A stretch of 64,000 bases of DNA, taken from the NCBI RefSeq assembly GCF_009914755.1, contig NC_060931.1; one strand, 5' to 3'. Of the stretch, positions 30,696-49,465 are shown in pieces. Numbering within the stretch: the first letter of the stretch is position 1; every line of letters starts with the position of its first letter. The translations under genes and the position numbers were made by a program. Origin of the DNA: the human T2T-CHM13v2.0 reference genome, Homo sapiens. The notes beneath the pieces were generated by a model. It worked only from the letters and a program-made list of their open reading frames with translations. It did not search any database and had not been told where the DNA came from.

Positions 30696-31142
30696 TTTTA
30701 AATTTTTGAAAAGCATTGGCCATGGCTGAATTCATTCATGCTTTCAACAAATTTTTATTGGGTACCTACTCATTACCAGTCCCCCTTTTAGCTGTGTGTA
30801 GAGACACTTCTATGTTTCTACACACAGCCATGGACAAGGCTTTTCAAAAATTTTTAAATTTTTGTTGATACACAATTATTGCACATATTTATTGGACACA
30901 CGTGATTATTTGATACATATCTTTATCTGACCCAGTATATATTTTACTAATTTAGTTGTTACTTGCCCATTTTCCTCACTAGAATATAAGCTTTTTTTAC
31001 TGCAGGGATTTTGATCTGGTTGGTAGTTTGCAGTTTTTACTGCAGAGATTTTGATCTGCAGTTTAAAAAAAGCTTATATTCTAGTGAGGAAAATGGACAA
31101 GTAATAACTAAATTAGTAAAATATACATTGGATCAGATAAAG
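30641..31142. repeat. Compound inverted/direct repeat array
   Basis: Inverted repeats 30641-30728/30825-30916, 30921-30998/31065-31142 and 30791-30806/30813-30828; direct repeat 30994-31018/31034-31058. Confidence 0.9.
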
Positions 31143-32125
31143 AGCTAGCAAAATAATAAAGCAAAGAAGGTGGCTAGGAAGTATGAGACTATCAGGAAAG
31201 AGTATGGCAGAGCAGAGTGGCAAGTTTTGCTAAGTATATGTGTGGGGAAGGAATGCCTCTCTGGTTGAAATGACATCTGAGCAGGAGGCTGAACTGAGAA
31301 AATAAGCAAGGCATGAGGACAAATGGAGAAATGAGAAGCATCACATATCTGAGGAATAACTAGCTAGTCAACTTATGTGGCTAGAGAGCAGTGAGTTAAG
31401 AAAAGAGCAATAGAAGATGAAGCTAGAGACGAGGTTGTGGGGAGAGGGCATTAGATTGTGGAAGGTAGGGGAGTGGGAAGCTGGTAGGACATTAGGAGTC
31501 TACTGGAATCTATTGTAGTAACCTTGACATGAGGTGAAATGGACCTGGGTGACAGTAGAGGAGATGATGAGAAGTGCTGACTGGATTCTGGATATATTTT
31601 TAAAATACAGCTGAAAGGATTTAGTGATGAACTAAATGTGGGCTATGAGATAGAGAGGAATCAAGGATACTGCTAACATTTTTAGCCCAAGTAACCAGAA
31701 GGATAGAGCTACATTTACAGAAATAAGGAAAACTTCAAATAAAGGAGGCCTGAGGTATGCATGGAAATTAGATCAGTCTGATTTGGGGTATGCTGAGTTT
31801 GAGATGCCCATTGGACACTGGGTTAGCAGTTTGAAGTTCTGAGAAGATGTTGTCCTGGAAATTGGAGAGTCAGAAGTCTATGGTATTTAAAGCCATGAGA
31901 CATGTGAAATCAATGCAGTCAGAAACGGAAGCCACATATTATAAAGTTCCTTTCATAGGTACTGGATAAATCCTTACCCCTCCATCTTCCTCCTCAATGT
32001 GTCTGCCTCCATTTCCTAGTTGCTATGGTTTCTAATGCTTATATTTATTTCACCCTAATTTTAGTATGTTAGGTGTCCTAGATTGCTCCCCTCCAAGCAA
32101 TCTATCTCCTTACAAACAAAATGAG

Positions 32126-32414
32126 GGCTGGGTGCAGTAACTCACGCCTGTAATCCCAGCACTTTGGGAGGCCGAGGTGGTCAGATCTCTCGAGCCTAGG
32201 AATTCAATACCAGCCTGGGCAACATAGTGAGACCCTGTCTCTACAAAAAATACAAACTTAGCCGGGCATTGTATTGTGGCACGCACCTGCAATTCTAATT
32301 ACTCAGGAGGCTGAGGTTGGAAGATCGCTTCAGCCAGGGCGGTGGAGATTGTAGTGAGCCAAGATCTCACCACTGCCCTCCAGCCAGAGTGATGGAGTGA
32401 GACCCTGTCTAAAT

Positions 32415-32446
<32 letters not shown>
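32126..32446 (+). mobile_element. AluJ with (CA)n tail
   Basis: Diverged Alu followed by a CA repeat. Confidence 0.9.
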
Positions 32447-32450
<4 letters not shown>

Positions 32451-33477
32451 ATCACAGTTCTCTGTAACCTGTAGATTGTATGTATAGTAGTGCCTAAGGT
32501 TCATAGGTCCTTAATTAATGATATGAATGACCCAAATAACTACATGTTTTCAAGACATTAGTTGTTTATAAAAAGGGTGATTAGCAACTGTGTTTATGAT
32601 GGTTAGCAGTGATAAGCATTTATTCAACCTAAAAATAAGAAATGTCAAGGTTTCTAAGTCATGACTTCATTGCCATGCAGTACAGTGATTCTCAGCTTTG
32701 GTTTCCTAAAGTGGAATATCAGAAGGGCTGACTGGAGCCAGCCCACCTGAGTTTGAATCTAGACTTAACAACTTCTTGTTGAAAGAAGCAATCGGCCATG
32801 GGTCTTGAGTGTCCCTACATGTTCCTGTGGGTGTGACAAAAATGCAAGGCCATGACCACTGTTTACCCAGACCATTTCTCAGGGTTCTGTTTGCACCGAG
32901 AAACTGCAACAGCTGAGATAAACTCTTTCCCCAAAACAAAGAGCAGGCTTTCTTTGGTTTACTGTAAAAGCAGTAAATTCCCCATGTGCAAGCATCCATG
33001 TAGACTCACTGGTGTTTCCCCTGTTGGACTGGGTGGGGCTTGGGAAATTGGCACAAACTTGAAGCACTGGCTACTTCTTTTGCATGTGTCCTTTGACCCA
33101 GCATCCAAGAAACAGTGACTAATTTATTAGTTTGTACATAGGGTAAAACGCCAGACCCCTCACAGTTCCTGATACTTACTAGCTATATGACTTTGAGATA
33201 CAGAGGTTTCTTAACCTAAGTCTCATATTCCACACTTGTGAAATGGGATATTAGTAGTTTCAACATCAAAGTTTCTTCCAAGAATTAAATAAAGTAGTGT
33301 ATATAAAGTACTTAGCAAACAGTGCCTGGCACACAATAAGCATATAATAAATGTTAGCTAATTAGTAATGAACTATTTCTAAAATTTCCAAATGGCTAAT
33401 GATAATTATACATTAATAATGACTCCTAGGTATTACATAATTACTCGTTTTATAAAGTAGGAGAAAAAAATACTTTT

Positions 33478-39106
<5,629 letters not shown>

Positions 39107-40370
39107 GAAAAAAATACTTTTAAAATAAAGCATAATATTAGCAAATACTTATACCAAATTATTTAATTCTCACAGATGATATCATTATGCCCATTTTACA
39201 GATAAAGAAATTAGCACAGAGAGGTTAAGCAATATTTTCAAGAACCCAGAGCTAGTAGGCAGTATATCTGGGATCCAAATCCAGGCAGTCTGGATCCAGA
39301 ACCCATGCCCTTAACCACTTAACTGTGCTGTATCTCAGTGTAGGAGTCCATGGGGGATTGGGAGGAGAACAGAAAAGGGGTCCTGGTGATGAAGAAAAAG
39401 TCTAGAAACTGATCTCCCTGCAGATGAAAAAGCTAAGACCCAGGAATGCCTCATGGTAGGTTAGTGGTAGTCAGATCCAGAATTTAACTAACAATTTTGC
39501 CATCAGATATATTATCAGAGAATGTCTTTTATTCTTAAGTGACAAACATGACTATGATTTAAAATAGAGTAAAAAATATTCAGCAGATTTTTTTTCACCC
39601 ATCTAGAACAAGGAGCTAATTTTATTGGTTCCTAATACCCCCTCATATGTACATATTAATATGCTCTACTTGCATACATATGTGTAAACTCTCACTGCAG
39701 CAAATATTAAATGTAAATAACAAAGTACACATATTAAAAGTGTGAAATGTAAAATGTGATCTTCCAACCCAGTTTGGAAAGCTACAGTTGGAAAAGACTT
39801 TTCAAAATCATTTTTTCATTATTGTTATCATTCATTTTGTTGTTGTTTTTAAGAGAGTAATATGTGCTTACTAGAAAAAAAACTAACAGAATAGAAGGGG
39901 ATAAAATAAGAAGTAAAAGTATTTCAGACATGCTAATTTTATTTCTCATTGTTAGGCAGTTTATCTTTCCAGGAATTGTCTATAAAGCTACAATTATATA
40001 ATATATATACATTTAAATTTGTTTATGATCATATCAATGTCTTTCATAAACTATATTTCTGTTTATTTTTAAACTTTAATACTATTTTATGACTTTTTAT
40101 AATACGTGCTTAACATTTATTTTTATGTAAAATACGATTCTGCCGCATTCTTTTCAACAACTTCACAGTAACTTCTTTGCAAGGCTAAGCCACATGGTAG
40201 TCAACTGTTGTTCATTGATGGACATTTAAGCTGTCTCTAGTGTTTTTTTTTTGTTTTAATAGGATAATTTATTTTTTAAGAATCAGTTTTTAAAGTTATG
40301 TTAAAGATCGAACTTTTAAATGCATGCAATTATATATAAACAATAATCTATATTAATTTTTAAATTTTCT

Positions 40371-41264
<894 letters not shown>

Positions 41265-41437
41265 TCAAAAAATAAAAAAATTTAAAAAAGCACTTTTTAA
41301 TTTTCAGGGAAAAAAAATCTAAGGCTGGTGTTCACAATGTCAATTTTATTTATGGTTTGTTCTCACTATAAGCTTCCCTGTAATCCATTTCTACCCATTT
41401 TTTACTCTGCACAAACTTTTTACCTTTTTGCTCTTTG

Positions 41438-41719
41438 ATTTTTTTTTTTTTTTTTTTTTGAGATGGAGTTTCACTCTTTTTGCCCAGGCTGGAGTGAAGT
41501 GGCGCGATCTTGGCTTACTGCAAACTCCACCTCCCAGATTCAAGCAATTCTCCTGCCTCAGCCTCCCCAGTAGCTCAGATTATAGGCACCCCCCACCATG
41601 CCTGGCCAATTTTTGTATTTTTAGCAGAGACGGGGTTTCACCATGTTGGCCAGGCTGGTCTCAAACTCCTGACCTCAGGTGCTCCGCCCGCCTCGGCCAC
41701 CCAAAATGCTGGGATTAGG
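41438..41719 (-). mobile_element. AluS, inverted relative to the adjacent cluster
   Basis: Reverse Alu consensus. Confidence 0.93.
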
Positions 41720-43399
41720 CTGCTCTTTGAGAGCTTTACAAATTTATTTAATCCTTACAATGACTCTGAGGTAGATCTTCTTGTCTCTGTAGATAGGAAA
41801 ACTGGAACTGTCAAGAAACTTGCTTAAGATCACAGAGTGCATTAGGTTCGGATCCATAATCAAATTGGAAAAAAAGAAAAACACAAAGAACAATTAAGAC
41901 TCCAAAGCCCTAATGCATAGTCTTTGTATCCTATCACACTGTGGCATTATATATATAAAACAAAAAACTTTATAATAAAGAGAAATGTATTTTCCAAACT
42001 GTGGTTCTCCAGATAACAATGTGTCTCCGTGAGGACCATATAGTAAATACATCCCATAAAAAATGATTACCAACCAAAAGCTTGCAATTAATGTTCCAAC
42101 TAAAGAAAAAGACTCAAAGTAAAAGCATCAGCTATCCTAGGTACTGCTTGGAGGCAACACCAAACACGACACATAAATCATTGTTGAAAAAAACCGTAAA
42201 ACATAATGCTGGGTATTTAGTTATGTTGAATGCTAAAACTAATCTTTCCTTAACTAAAGGTCTCCGTCAAATGAAAAGTGTATTTTAGTCAAGTCAGGAT
42301 TTCTGTTTTGCAAACTCAAAGTCTTATATTATTAAGCATATATTCAGGTTATTTATTTTCCTGATCATAATTTTCAAATCAAATTAAGATCAAACTCCAC
42401 TGACCGTCAGGTACTGTATATTCTCATTTTGATAAATTTCAAATTAATGATAAAAATGTATTAACCTGCTGGTCAATTATACATTTTATAAATATATTTT
42501 AACCAATGACATATTATCAGTAAGTACAGATTCAACGGCAAGATTTCATTAAGAAAGTGTTTCAAGCTTCAGATGCCCAAGACTTATTTAATGTGTAAAT
42601 CTTCACCACTACAATAACCACATGGTTAAACGATCACCACTTCCATTAGCAAGCTCAAGCCTAATAAGTGATCTCCTGGGACTTCAGCACAGAGGTTTTC
42701 TAATTTTATTCCTCCACTCAATGTGGCTATTCTCCCTTATCTATTCACGCTGGCAAAGCTTCTAGTTAAACTGGAATTAGTAACTATTTGATGATAATAA
42801 TTAACATATACTGAGTGCTTCCGATGGCGCAGTTAATTCTTACAGTTGATAAAAGTGTGGCACAAAAAGGTTAATCAAGTAGCAGAGGCAGGATTTGAAC
42901 CCAGGAATTCTGGTTCCAGGGCCCGGATTCGGAGTTACAAAGGTGAGTAAACTGAAAAGAGTCCTACTTTTATTGTCATTGCTTTCTAATAAAAATTATT
43001 TTTTTCTTCCAATTGTTTAAATCTCTTCTCATTCTCTATTTAAATATTAGGCGTTCATTTAAATATTAGGCGTCTACCTTACAGTAGGACATCTTTAAAC
43101 AACGTAAAAAAGGAAAGCTTTGTCTTCACCTTCACACATACCGGTCTGCCCATAAATTTTGCAATCCAGTTCTGCCTGATTCTAAACTGCTTGTCTCTTG
43201 AAGCGAATGCCTTAAAAAGTGACACTGGGATCAGGATAGTTATCTCCATCCATCCTCCCTCAGAAAAACAACTATATTCGAGTAATTCTTGGGACCACTG
43301 AGAACAATACACAGACCTTTGGGTAACTTCAAGACAAAAAAGGCAAAAAGTCGGGGAGAAGGTGTGGGAGGATGATTTTCCCCTTCTAAACGTAAGGTA

Positions 43400-43950
43400 T
43401 AAAAGGGCTCAGAAAGCGGAAAAAGAACCCTAAAAAGCAAGGTGCGGGACGGCGTGAGGGACCACACATTGGGCGCTCCGCCCAAGGGGTCCGGCTCCTT
43501 CTCCGCGGCGATGGCGCGTCCTTGGGCTCAGCAACCCTCCTGAAGACACCTAACCTCCTCCTTCTCCAGCCTGCCCCTCTGGGGCCTGCGAGCCCCGTCC
43601 CGGGCCGGGGGTCGGAAGCCGTGCCATGTAGGACCCCGAAAAGGCCCCCAAGCTTGGCGCGGAAGGCGCCGCCAGTGACCGGCTGCGGCTGGGGGCGGAG
43701 GCCGGCAGTTGCTCGGAGCTCCGGCGGGTCAGGAGGTGACGGGAGGAGGAGGAGGCAGGAGGAAGAAAGGGGGGTTGGGAGGTAGCGTCCGGTAGGTCTG
43801 CGCAGACAGCGCTGCCAGACCTCTGACTCCCCCAGTCCTGCCGCCGCCGATAGCCCCACAAGGCGACATGGGAAGTCCGCCGGAGCAGAGGGGAGAAAAT
43901 TCAAAACGAGTCTACTCAACCTCGTCTTGGCTCCGAGGCCCCGCCATGCA
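43400..43950. promoter_or_regulatory. Intronic CpG island at the 5' end of the retrocopy
   Basis: High GC and CpG density ending abruptly at the TSD. Confidence 0.8.
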
Positions 43951-45257
43951 GACCCCTCTAGTTTTTTACTATTAAAAATAGTGCTGCAACAAACATTTTA
44001 TACATCTATCTCTGTATATATGTGTAAGTATACTGAAAATGAGTTCCCAGAATTAGAATGGACAAGTCAAAGGGCATACAGATCTTAATTTTGTTAAATT
44101 CCATCAAACTGTTTTCTATTATAGCCCCAAGAAGTTCCCCTTGACTGTTTCCTTACATCCTCATATTGTTTTATGAGTCCTAATAATTAAATATCCCTTT
44201 GTTGTGTGTTGCCCTTATATTTCCCATTGTATGTTTGATGTTGTTTTTCTCTTACTATATAAAAGTTTTAGATTGTTAGGTAGTGACATTTATCAATCTT
44301 TTTGCTTATGAGAGTTTCCAAATTTCCTGACATGCTTCGAAACACCTTCTCACAATGAAACATAAATACATAAATTCATCCATAAATGCATAAATGAGAC
44401 AGATCTGTAAATATTGATAGAAAACAACTGGACACACAGTCTTAAGTGTAAAAGCCAATCACAGAAGAGTATGCACAATGTTACAGGTGTAACTACATAT
44501 TTGCGTATGTCTAAAACACCTGTGGAAGGTGGCCTGGAGATGGGGAGAAATGGGTAGATGGAGGATTTTCACTCTTCATTCTTTTTACTATTCGAACTAT
44601 TTTTTTATGTATTATCTATTCAAATGAAAATGTTTAAATCTTATTGTTTAAAAAGCAACCTCTATCATGTTTGCATACAAAAAAGTCTCCCTTTTCACCT
44701 ACATTTCATTCCCTACCATTTAAAGCTTAACACATTTAGAATGTAGTATAATTAGTGAGGCAGGGATCCAGTATTGCCTTCTACCAAATAGATCTGTTGA
44801 ATTTTTAGGTTTGTTAAGAGGCAAAGACCAAGGGTGGAGAGGAAGGAGTGAGAGTGCCAGGTGAGGAAAGTCTAAAATCTCTCGACTTAATATGAGAATG
44901 GTGGCCACGGAAGGCTAAGAGTCTCTAGTGCCAGGTGTGGGTTATACACACATCTTCTATGCAATTACCGTGACAAGCACCCAGGGTGTGAGGTGAGGTG
45001 TACCTCCTAGCTTGATGCTGCTGGTTCAAGTCCCAAATCAGAGAGGGGAAGCCAAAAAAGGAGCCGAGAAAGATGAGATGCTTCGCACGGTTTTTAAAGT
45101 AAAGTCGGAACATTCCTGACCGACTAGGCAGCCCCAGGCGCTCAGGTGGGAATCACTGCCCAGCACACAGAACCCAGAGTCCAGCGCGGCTGTCACCGGC
45201 TCTAGGCTGGATCTAAGCGTCGGACCAGGAGGCCGCAGTCAAAATCTGTTCTCCTAC

Positions 45258-45357
45258 CTGTGTACGAAACCAAACTATTCTCGTCGAAGTGCTTTCCCAG
45301 GCTCCTAAGACGCAGCTTCCATACTCGCCGCGTTCTCAGCTGTTGGTCGTATCCTAG
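45258..45357 (-). other. IQUB: IQUB non-coding exon 1 (5' boundary approximate)
   Basis: Donor CAG|GTAGGA at 45258/45257 inside a CpG island; X-box at the probable TSS; exon 2 starts 4 nt before the ATG, so an upstream non-coding exon is required. Confidence 0.75.
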
Positions 45358-45361
45358 CAAC
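45349..45361 (-). promoter_or_regulatory. RFX X-box (GTTGCTAGGATAC)
   Basis: Matches the RFX palindromic consensus at the likely TSS of a motile-cilia gene. Confidence 0.7.
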
Positions 45362-45409
45362 GGCCCTGGCACCACCTCTTCCTGCCGGAGCACGGCAGGG
45401 GTGGGAAGG

Positions 45410-46007
45410 AGAGGAGCCAGAGGCGGGTGGGGGGGAGGAGCCAGAAGAGGGCAGCGGGGAGGGGCCGGGAAGGAGGAGCGCGGCAGGGTAGGGGGAGGAG
45501 CCAAAGACTGGGGGCGGGGCCGGGAAGGAGGAGGGCGGCAGAAGAGAAGGGGATGAGCCAGAGGCGGGGAGGTGGGGCCGGGAAGGAGGAGTGCGGCAGG
45601 AGAGAAGAGGAGTAGCCAGAGGCGGAGGGGCGGTGTCGGGAAGGAGGAGCGCGGCAGGAAATAAGGGAAGGAGCTAGAGGCGGGCTGGGGGCCGGGGTCT
45701 GGAAGGAGGATCGCGGTAGGGAAGAAGAGGAGCCAGAGGAGGGGGATGGGGGCTGCAAAGGAGGAACGCGATAGGGAAAAGGGGGAGGAGCCAGAGGCGA
45801 GGGGGCGGGGAGAAGAAACATGGCAGGAGAAAGGGGAGGAGCCAGAGGCGAAGAGACAGGAAGAGGGACGCGTCAGGGAGAAGGGGAGGAGTCAGAGGCG
45901 AGCGGGCGTGGAGGAGGGAAGCGGCAGGGAGAAGGGGCGGGGCCAGAGGCGAAGGGGCGGGGAGGAGGGACGCGGCAGGGAGAAGGGGAGGAGCCAGAGG
46001 CGGAGGC
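45410..46007 (+). repeat. Degenerate purine-rich minisatellite, about 11 units of 50-60 bp
   Basis: GGAGCCAGAGGCG-like anchor recurs at 45437, 45497, 45554, 45612, 45670, 45729, 45787, 45838, 45888, 45939 and 45990. Confidence 0.85.
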
Positions 46008-46348
46008 TGTTACCAACTGGCTACCTAGATCCAAGTGAATCAGGACACTAACTTCTCTCCAAGATCTTTTACACTTGTGAAACGGCACAGCTCTCTAAAC
46101 CAAACACTGACAGCAGTTTAATTTTACAGATATAAAAAAAATCCGAGTCAGAGAAATCATCACGATGAAGTCAGAGGCGAGAAACTGTCAGGTGCCTACT
46201 TGCTTTTGTTAAACTAACAACTTGGCTCTCAGCTTCCTGGCAGCCAAAGAGAAAAGGGAGATAGTAGCTATCAAATAATTCTGCTTAGAAGAACTTTTGT
46301 TAATCACTAAATTAGTTAATAAACTAAATTTTGTCTAACAACAAATTC

Positions 46349-46645
<297 letters not shown>

Positions 46646-48015
46646 TATCAATGAATAAGAAAACTTTTAAAGAACCACAGGATAGTATTGGAGGTCAAGT
46701 CAAGTATGTTCCTCTTGGAAATTTAGTAACAAACTACATGTTGCTATCTCATAATAGCAGCTAACATTTATGAAGTATTCATTGTCATGAGGCACCGTAC
46801 ATAGATTTCTAATTTAATCCTTACAACGATTTTATTAGGGAGAAACTGCTATTAGACCCATTTTGTAAATGAGAAAACTAAGGCACACAAAGTTTAATGA
46901 GGGAACCAGGATTAAACCTAAGCAATCTAACTCCAGGTCCCAGATTTTTTAACCATTACAGTACTGTTTAATTTGATTTGATATGTTAAAAGGATTAATA
47001 AAATTAATACAGGTCCATTCCCTTATTCATAAATGTTCATTGTCTTCATTTATTTCTTTATACTGTTCTGCTGAAATTGCACTCTCATCTCCCCAATAAC
47101 TTTGTAATATCCAATGCCATTTTTTTCAGTCATCCCATTTTAAAATATATTTTTACTAGAATAGTGAAATATATATTCAGATAAAATTGGCTTTGTTTTA
47201 ATAATGATCAGTAAAAGTAAATTCATTTTAATCATTTCCACACATTCATGAAAAGTAAAGGGGAAAAATGGGCATAGAGGTAACCACTAGAATTAGGCTT
47301 TCTTGGATGGGTAGACCAGGTGTGGAGGTGTGCAGATAAGATTTTACAAACACTCATACACTCCCATCTCCAAAATCATAATTTATCTTACATTCTGCTA
47401 CTAATAAACATTCCACTGGTTTTAAACATTCACTTTGCTGGGTCTCCTCTTTAAAATTTGTCATTCACTGTTCTCAATGTTAGAGACGGTATGCAAACAG
47501 TAGGTTTAGGAATAGAGTCAGGAGATGGGGGAAGAAAAACTGGTAGGAGAGAACTTAAGTGTCTCACAGTGTTAAATGTGACTTGATAGCCACTATTCAT
47601 TTTTTTTTGTAGTTTGCTGTGAGGATGACTTTATACAATTTAATCTTAAATAGGAACCTAACTTAGTTAGGCTTCCTTGGGTAGTCTGTGGAGCATGGAA
47701 AAGTTATTAGCATGTCAAAATCCTGTCCACGCACACATACACGCACATACACACAAATGTAGTTTGGTTACATAATAAATTTATATTCAAACTTAATGAA
47801 AACAACCAATAGGAAAAAGCTTCTCAATTCCAAAAGTGAAAGAGTAATTTTACAATACCATTTTCCATTTTCCTTTTCATGATAAATCTATGCATTTTCT
47901 CAGGATTTATTCCACCAAACGACTTCGTATTTCTCATGAAACATCTACCTTTATTCATCTCAGCATTTATTTATGTAATAAACATTTCTTTTGATGTGCT
48001 TTTATTTTTACAAAG

Positions 48016-48032
48016 ATGCCACCTAGTGGCTT
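48016..48032 (-). promoter_or_regulatory. CTCF motif
   Basis: Minus strand AGCCACTAGGTGGCAT in an AT-rich context. Confidence 0.6.
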
Positions 48033-49318
48033 GATAAAATCAAGCATTTCAAAGTATCTCCTGTTGTTACTACAGGTTAAAATGAATAATGAATATTTTT
48101 AATATTAAAATAATTTAGAAAACTAAGGACCTGAAAATTTTTGTTTTGGAAATTATTTAGATTAAATTTGGATCATAATACCACTTTGTGAACTTGTTAA
48201 GAGAATGGAAATATAGGTCTATTGTCCCTTTTCTGAAACCTTTTAAGACAGATGTGTTTGATATTCACAATTTTTCAGATTTTTGAAAGGAAATATGGGC
48301 ATATACTTTACATTATGTAACACATTAAGAGGGTCTGAGGAAGCAGTTTAGAATCAAATATATTGATACATCTGTGGCAAAATATATTCATATTCACATT
48401 GAAGTGCGATAAATACCACAAATAGCCTCATGTAATTCAGGTGGGGTTTGTTGCCAAATGAGTTATGAAAAAACTTTGTTTTCAGAGATTTTTGAAATTA
48501 GGAATTTAGATAAGGGACTTTGGACCTGTTTTACTCTGGTGAAAAATAATTCACCCTCCAGTTATAGAGAGATTAAAATGCCAATATTTTGTAAAAAAAA
48601 AAAAATAGTTATCTTTAGAAAACCTAATAGATTCACCTAAAAAAAAATTGAAGATCATGAGAAATACCAAAATAGAAATCTTTGCAATGCTTTTCATTTA
48701 ATTATATACAGATGCCAATCATAAATTACATTTAAGTGTACCACAAAAAATTAGCTGCTAATGTAAACCTAAAGACCAATTTGAAAATTATTAGTGATGC
48801 ATGGCAAGTTCAATTCATAAATTTTGTGGCACAGTCAAAAAAAAATTTAACCTTGGTTGTTTCTTTTTTTTTATTCCTATGTGTAATTTACCATGTTCCA
48901 ATTCCCCACCACCACTATGGTCATGGAAATATATGTTGATGGTGCCACACTCAGCCTGGATTCCTTGTGGGTCTATGAGCACTCCTTGCCAACCCTCCTT
49001 AGACATGCAGTATGAATAAAAAATACACTTAAGACACTGGGATTTAAGGATAACCCATGCTAAGTCACTACATGACTCACTATTTTACTTCACGATCTAG
49101 AATACTGACTCATCTCTAGTCTCTCAAATGAATTCTTCCTGTCCCCATCAATCATTCAAACCCCTTATCACATTCCCACTGTGATTTCCTGTGAATTTTG
49201 TCTAAAATAAAACGTCGACCTCCTCTAAACACAACTGGTAGCCTCTCATTTACTTTTCTCTAAAACAATTGGCATTACTATTGTTGTAGCATAGGCTACA
49301 ATCTCACTGAACACTTAG

Positions 49319-49465
<147 letters not shown>

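Larger units (their letters stand above)
45080..46010. promoter_or_regulatory. IQUB: IQUB promoter CpG island
   Basis: Sharp GC/CpG enrichment, multiple GGGCGG boxes, spans exon 1. Confidence 0.85.

Noticed and set aside
43240-43919. Overlapping 81-177 aa ORFs in the intronic CpG island
   Set aside because: Low-complexity GC-rich ORFs on both strands with no recognisable domain; expected from stop-codon scarcity.
45202-46088. Pro/Gly/Arg-rich ORFs at the IQUB promoter
   Set aside because: Translations of the purine-rich minisatellite.
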